From Chiloscyllium plagiosum (lineage: Eukaryota): a stretch of 64,000 bases of DNA. The notes under the pieces are model-generated. The model searched no databases. It was not told the origin of the DNA and was given only the letters and a program-made list of their open reading frames with translations. Both the position numbers and the translations under genes were made by a program. The stretch spans positions 1,230,890 through 1,294,889 of the forward strand of contig NC_057753.1 of assembly GCF_004010195.1 (NCBI RefSeq), in the 5' to 3' direction. Within the stretch, counting starts at the first letter, position 1. Each line of letters opens with the position of its first letter. Below, piece after piece: positions 59,870 to 64,000 of this stretch.

Positions 59870-62800
59870 CAGAATATAAATGCAAGAATAGACGAACTAG
59901 TAGCACATTCTGCCCCTCGCACCTGTTCCACCATTTGATATGATCATGGTTGATCTCATGTCAACCTCAACTCCACCTCAAACTGCAACTTGCCTTTTGA
60001 CATTGCTAACATGAGGTAACATCTGTCTACATCTATTTTCTCAACCCTCTTTAGCATCTATATACAGCAATAAGATCTCAAATTCTTCTAAATTATGGGG
60101 AAAAAATTGGCCTGAACTGCTCAATCGCTTCTCACAAGGCTAACTCCTCATCTTTGGAAACAATCTAATGAATTTCCCCGGAACTGTCTGCAGTCCAATT
60201 ACATCCGAGCTCAGGTAAAGTGAACAAAATGGAACGCAATACTTCAGGTACAGTCTATTGGAGCAACTCTTCCCTACTTTTGGACTCTATTCCTTGAGCA
60301 AAGCATATCAATAATCTGCCCATTTTCATGCACTAGCCCCTAAAACCAGAGGATCTTACCTTGTTTATTAATTTTTATGTGGGGCCTTATCAAGTACTTT
60401 CTGGAAGTATAGATATTCGATATCTAGAGGATTCTTATTATCGATATTTTTCTTACATCTTTGGAGAATACCAGCAAATTAGTAAAAATGATTTCATCTT
60501 CGTATAAACATGCAGACTTCCAAATGCACTTTGTATTTTCAAATGCGCTGTTACCAATTTCATTAATAACAGAATCTAAAAAAATCCCCATAATATATGT
60601 TAAAATAACTAGTCTGTCTCTTCTTGTTTTCTGCCACTCTCCCTTTTGAACAAGGGTGATAGCATCAGTGCATTTTTCTATTACATTGAACCCTTTCTCA
60701 AATCTAGGGAATTTTGGGATCTTGTCACCAATGTATCCGCTATCTCTCCTGCCACGTCTTGGGATATTGGCAATTAGGCGCTGGAGACCTGTCTGACTTC
60801 AGTCCCAATACTTTCTTCAAGACTTTTTCCTCGACTGGTGGTGATTGATATAAGCAGTGGAGTACCTGCTGCAATTAGAACGGTATTATTTTCCGCCATT
60901 TTGAAAATTGAGGAAAAATACGGACTTTGTCATTCCACCATTTATGTGTTTGCGTTATTAACTCTCCAGTCTCATCTTCCAGGGAACTTACAGTTCTCTT
61001 TAGTTATTCTCTTCCTTTTTGTATACATACATAACTGCGTTGCTATCCATTTTATATTTCTGCTTGTTTCTTTCATAATTTATCTTTGTTCTTTTCATGA
61101 CGTTTCAAAAGTAACCCTTTGTTGATCTTTTAACATTTTCTAATTTTCCAGCCTGCCAGTCGACCTGGTATTATGATGCTTCTGACTTTTTGTCTTTAGA
61201 TTATCTTTATCTTCCTTTCTTGACTATGGATATCAACCCCACCCTTGCCCAGCCCTCTCTTCCAATCTTTATTTCGTTCTGGAATGTGCTTTGATTGGAC
61301 GAACTTTAAAGAAGAAAAATATTGAACAAACTCATAAGAACTTAATAACTAAAAACAGAAATAGACAATTCAGCCCCTCGAACCTGGTCAATCACTGAAT
61401 GCGATCATGAGTGATCGCTTCTCAGCTTCAACTCCAATTTTCTGTCAGTTCCCTATAGCCTATTAATCCTCCTCAATTCCTTTCAGCATTCACTGGATTC
61501 TGGGGTAGCAAATTTCAAAGATTCACGACCCTTTTGAGAGAAGTAATTTTCTCTAAGATCACTTTTAAATCTGCCACCTCTCATTCTAAAAATCCCAGTT
61601 CTCATTCTACACTATCCCCAAGAGGAAACATCTGACATGTGTCCATTTTGTCAATCCCGTTAAGCATGTTACATGTCTCAATTAAATATGTTTTCACCTT
61701 TCTGAACTCTACCGAGTCAGGTGTCAACTTTTCAATCGCCCCTCGGAAAACAAGCCTTTCAAATTTGCAATTAATTTCACAAAAATTCTTTGTATTGTCT
61801 CAGATACAATGTCACCCTTACTCAAGTACAGGGAACAGAACTGTACATTACATAGCAAATCTGGTCTCAACAATGGCTTGTATAATTCCAATGACATTCC
61901 CTATTTTGTACTCAATTCCTTTATCAATAAATGCCGAAATTCAATTTGCCCTTCTTGGTAGCTGATGTATCTGCATATGACTAATGCAAGAGGATACTCA
62001 GTCCGAAGGTATTTTGAAATTTCCTTCCTATTAAATAATAAGTTTCTCTTTTATTCTTATGACGAAAGTGGATAATCTCAAAAAACCTCACATTTATCTC
62101 TGTTAAACCCCAGTGATCAAATTTTGACTGGTTTACCTAACTTATCGACATCCATTTGTAATTTTCAAATTTCTTCACGGCAACTTACTTTCCCATTTAT
62201 TGCAGTGTGATACCTAAATTTGGCAATCGTGCTTTCTTTCCCTGCATCCCCCAAGACCGTTAATATAGATTGCCAATTGTTGGAACCTTTGGCCTGAAAC
62301 CTGTGACACTTTATTAGTTGCAGCTTGACACGTGGGGAAATGCCCAGTTATCAAAACTCCCTACTTTCTGTTGGTTATTCAATCGATATGCAAACTAATA
62401 TATTACCCTGAAATCCCATGTAATCCTACCTTATATGTTAACCTTTTGTGTGGCACCTTATCAAACACCTCTTGAAGTCCCCATTTGCAGATCTCCCATA
62501 ATCCAATTTTTATTGCTGCATCTTCTCAGGATGAAAGCATTGGATCACGATTTATCTTTCAAAAACCACACTGACTTGATTGGATTGCGTTTTGACTTTA
62601 CGTATGTCCTATCATTCCTTCAAACACATTTCTCTGTCCCCAGTTCTGAACCAGGCATTTTCCAACTTCTTCTTATTGATATAACTATCCTCGTGGCTCA
62701 GGTAGTAGTCCAAAGATGATTATCTTTGTGTTTCCACTTGCTAATTTAACAAGAAGCTGCTTGTGTTCCTCAGAATACCCTCTTTCTTCGCCCTGGTGGT

Positions 62801-63400
62801 ATCGTTGGTAATTACGTAGACCACAACAACTGGCTATTTCGCATCCCTTTCATGGTTCGTGTGCAGCCCAGATGAGAGATCCTTGACACAGTCATCATAA
62901 ACTACCCAACATTTGAGACTTTGGACCATTTCTAAAGAGAACAATGTCTATTTCTCCTAACTATATTATTTCTATTTAATTCTATATTCCTCCACATACC
63001 ACACCCCACGCTTTGGAAAGCTTCCTGTACCAGGAAGAAATTATCAGTTTTCTCATTCTGCCTGCAGTCCACGTTCTAGACTACACAGAGAGAACGGATA
63101 TCGAAACTGTTGGATATTTCAAGAACTGAACCTCCGAAGTCATTGCACCCTTAAACCCACTACTTGCCTCATTCATGATCATGCACTCCTGTCCCTGCCA
63201 AAGGATGGAATTTGTGATCATTGATCTAAGGGATTTCAATGCCTCCTGAAGCATGTCTCCCCCTCTTGTGTTGCAGTGTTGCAAGCGCGGGCTCATGAAT
63301 TCTGATCCAGTGTTCCTCGATCAACCAACACTTGCTACAGTTGTTGTCATTGCGAGTCAGAATGGGGTTCGCTGACTTCAAACTTACGCAATGATAGTAC
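59870..63400 (-). mobile_element. Old CR1 LINE fragments (several, including ORF1 remnants at 62700-63400)
   Basis: Antisense LINE termini at ~59880 and ~61335; degenerate RT remnants. Confidence 0.7.
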
Positions 63401-63409
63401 ATTGCATCA

Positions 63410-64000
63410 AATATCAGATATAGTTAAACAAATCGAGACTCTGACTTAAGAAATATGGATACTCATTGAGGTGAAAAAAGAGTGATTTTATGTTAGGTGT
63501 CAGGGAGAAAATACAACTGAGACCTAAGCTGATACAGGGATTCAGAAGGGTGGTAGAAATGTAAATAAGAGACGCAAAGTAGAATTTTGAGAAAACACTG
63601 TCAGCAAAAATAAATTTGATGCTCAACATTGTAAAAGGTTTGCGAATTGAGGAGTCAGTCTGATCAGTGACTAAAAGAGGCTTATACATCGAAGCACGCG
63701 ATGCTGTGGTTGAGTTCCTTCTTTAAAAAAAAAGTTAATCTTTGCTTACCAAGTGGACAGATTCTGCTCGGTGTAGGGGGAGTGGGATGAAATCCTGTAA
63801 CTGGGATCGTTTTCAAATGATGAGGAGCTTTAATAATTCGTTAGTACTTATGTTTGACAAGGCACTAGGACCGCATGAGATGCAACCAAGGATATTCAAA
63901 GAAGTGAAAATGGACATTACTAATGTACCAATTACTGGTCTTTCGTAGATTCAGAGGTGGGGCCAGAGGATTGAAGAATTGCAAACATAAAGTGTTTGGG
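63410..64000 (+). mobile_element. Old CR1 ORF2 fragment, running off the window end
   Basis: DKALGPHEMQPRIFKEV resembles DKSPGPDGxHPRVLKEV. Confidence 0.75.

Noticed and set aside
1..64000. CRISPR arrays, operons or other prokaryotic systems
   Set aside because: No regularly spaced repeat-spacer structure or dense ORF packing; the content is vertebrate retroelements and spliced-gene remnants.

Overview
This is eukaryotic, repeat-dense DNA from a cartilaginous fish. HE1-type V-SINEs and HER1/CR1 LINEs point to a shark, probably a carpet or bamboo shark (inference). I found no intact host protein-coding gene, RNA gene or prokaryotic feature. Most of the window is mobile DNA: CR1-clade LINEs of several ages (one near full-length with esterase ORF1 and APE-RT ORF2 at 25490-29437), about 10 HE1 SINEs, Gmr1-like Gypsy LTR elements (integrase before RT) carrying nested insertions, a solo LTR, and a Penelope-like inverted repeat with hammerhead ribozyme cores. 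The non-repetitive islands between the repeats contain heavily decayed exons of what reads as a cluster of about 5-6 immunoglobulin-superfamily receptor genes. Their V domains appear germline-joined to J-like segments, with no convincing recombination signal sequences (RSS). The cluster includes two VJ-C1 genes with TCR-like transmembrane segments (one alpha/delta-like, one beta/gamma-like) and a head-to-head activating/inhibitory pair around an AICE-containing promoter. All immune calls are manual reconstructions across stops and frameshifts and need a homology search to confirm.
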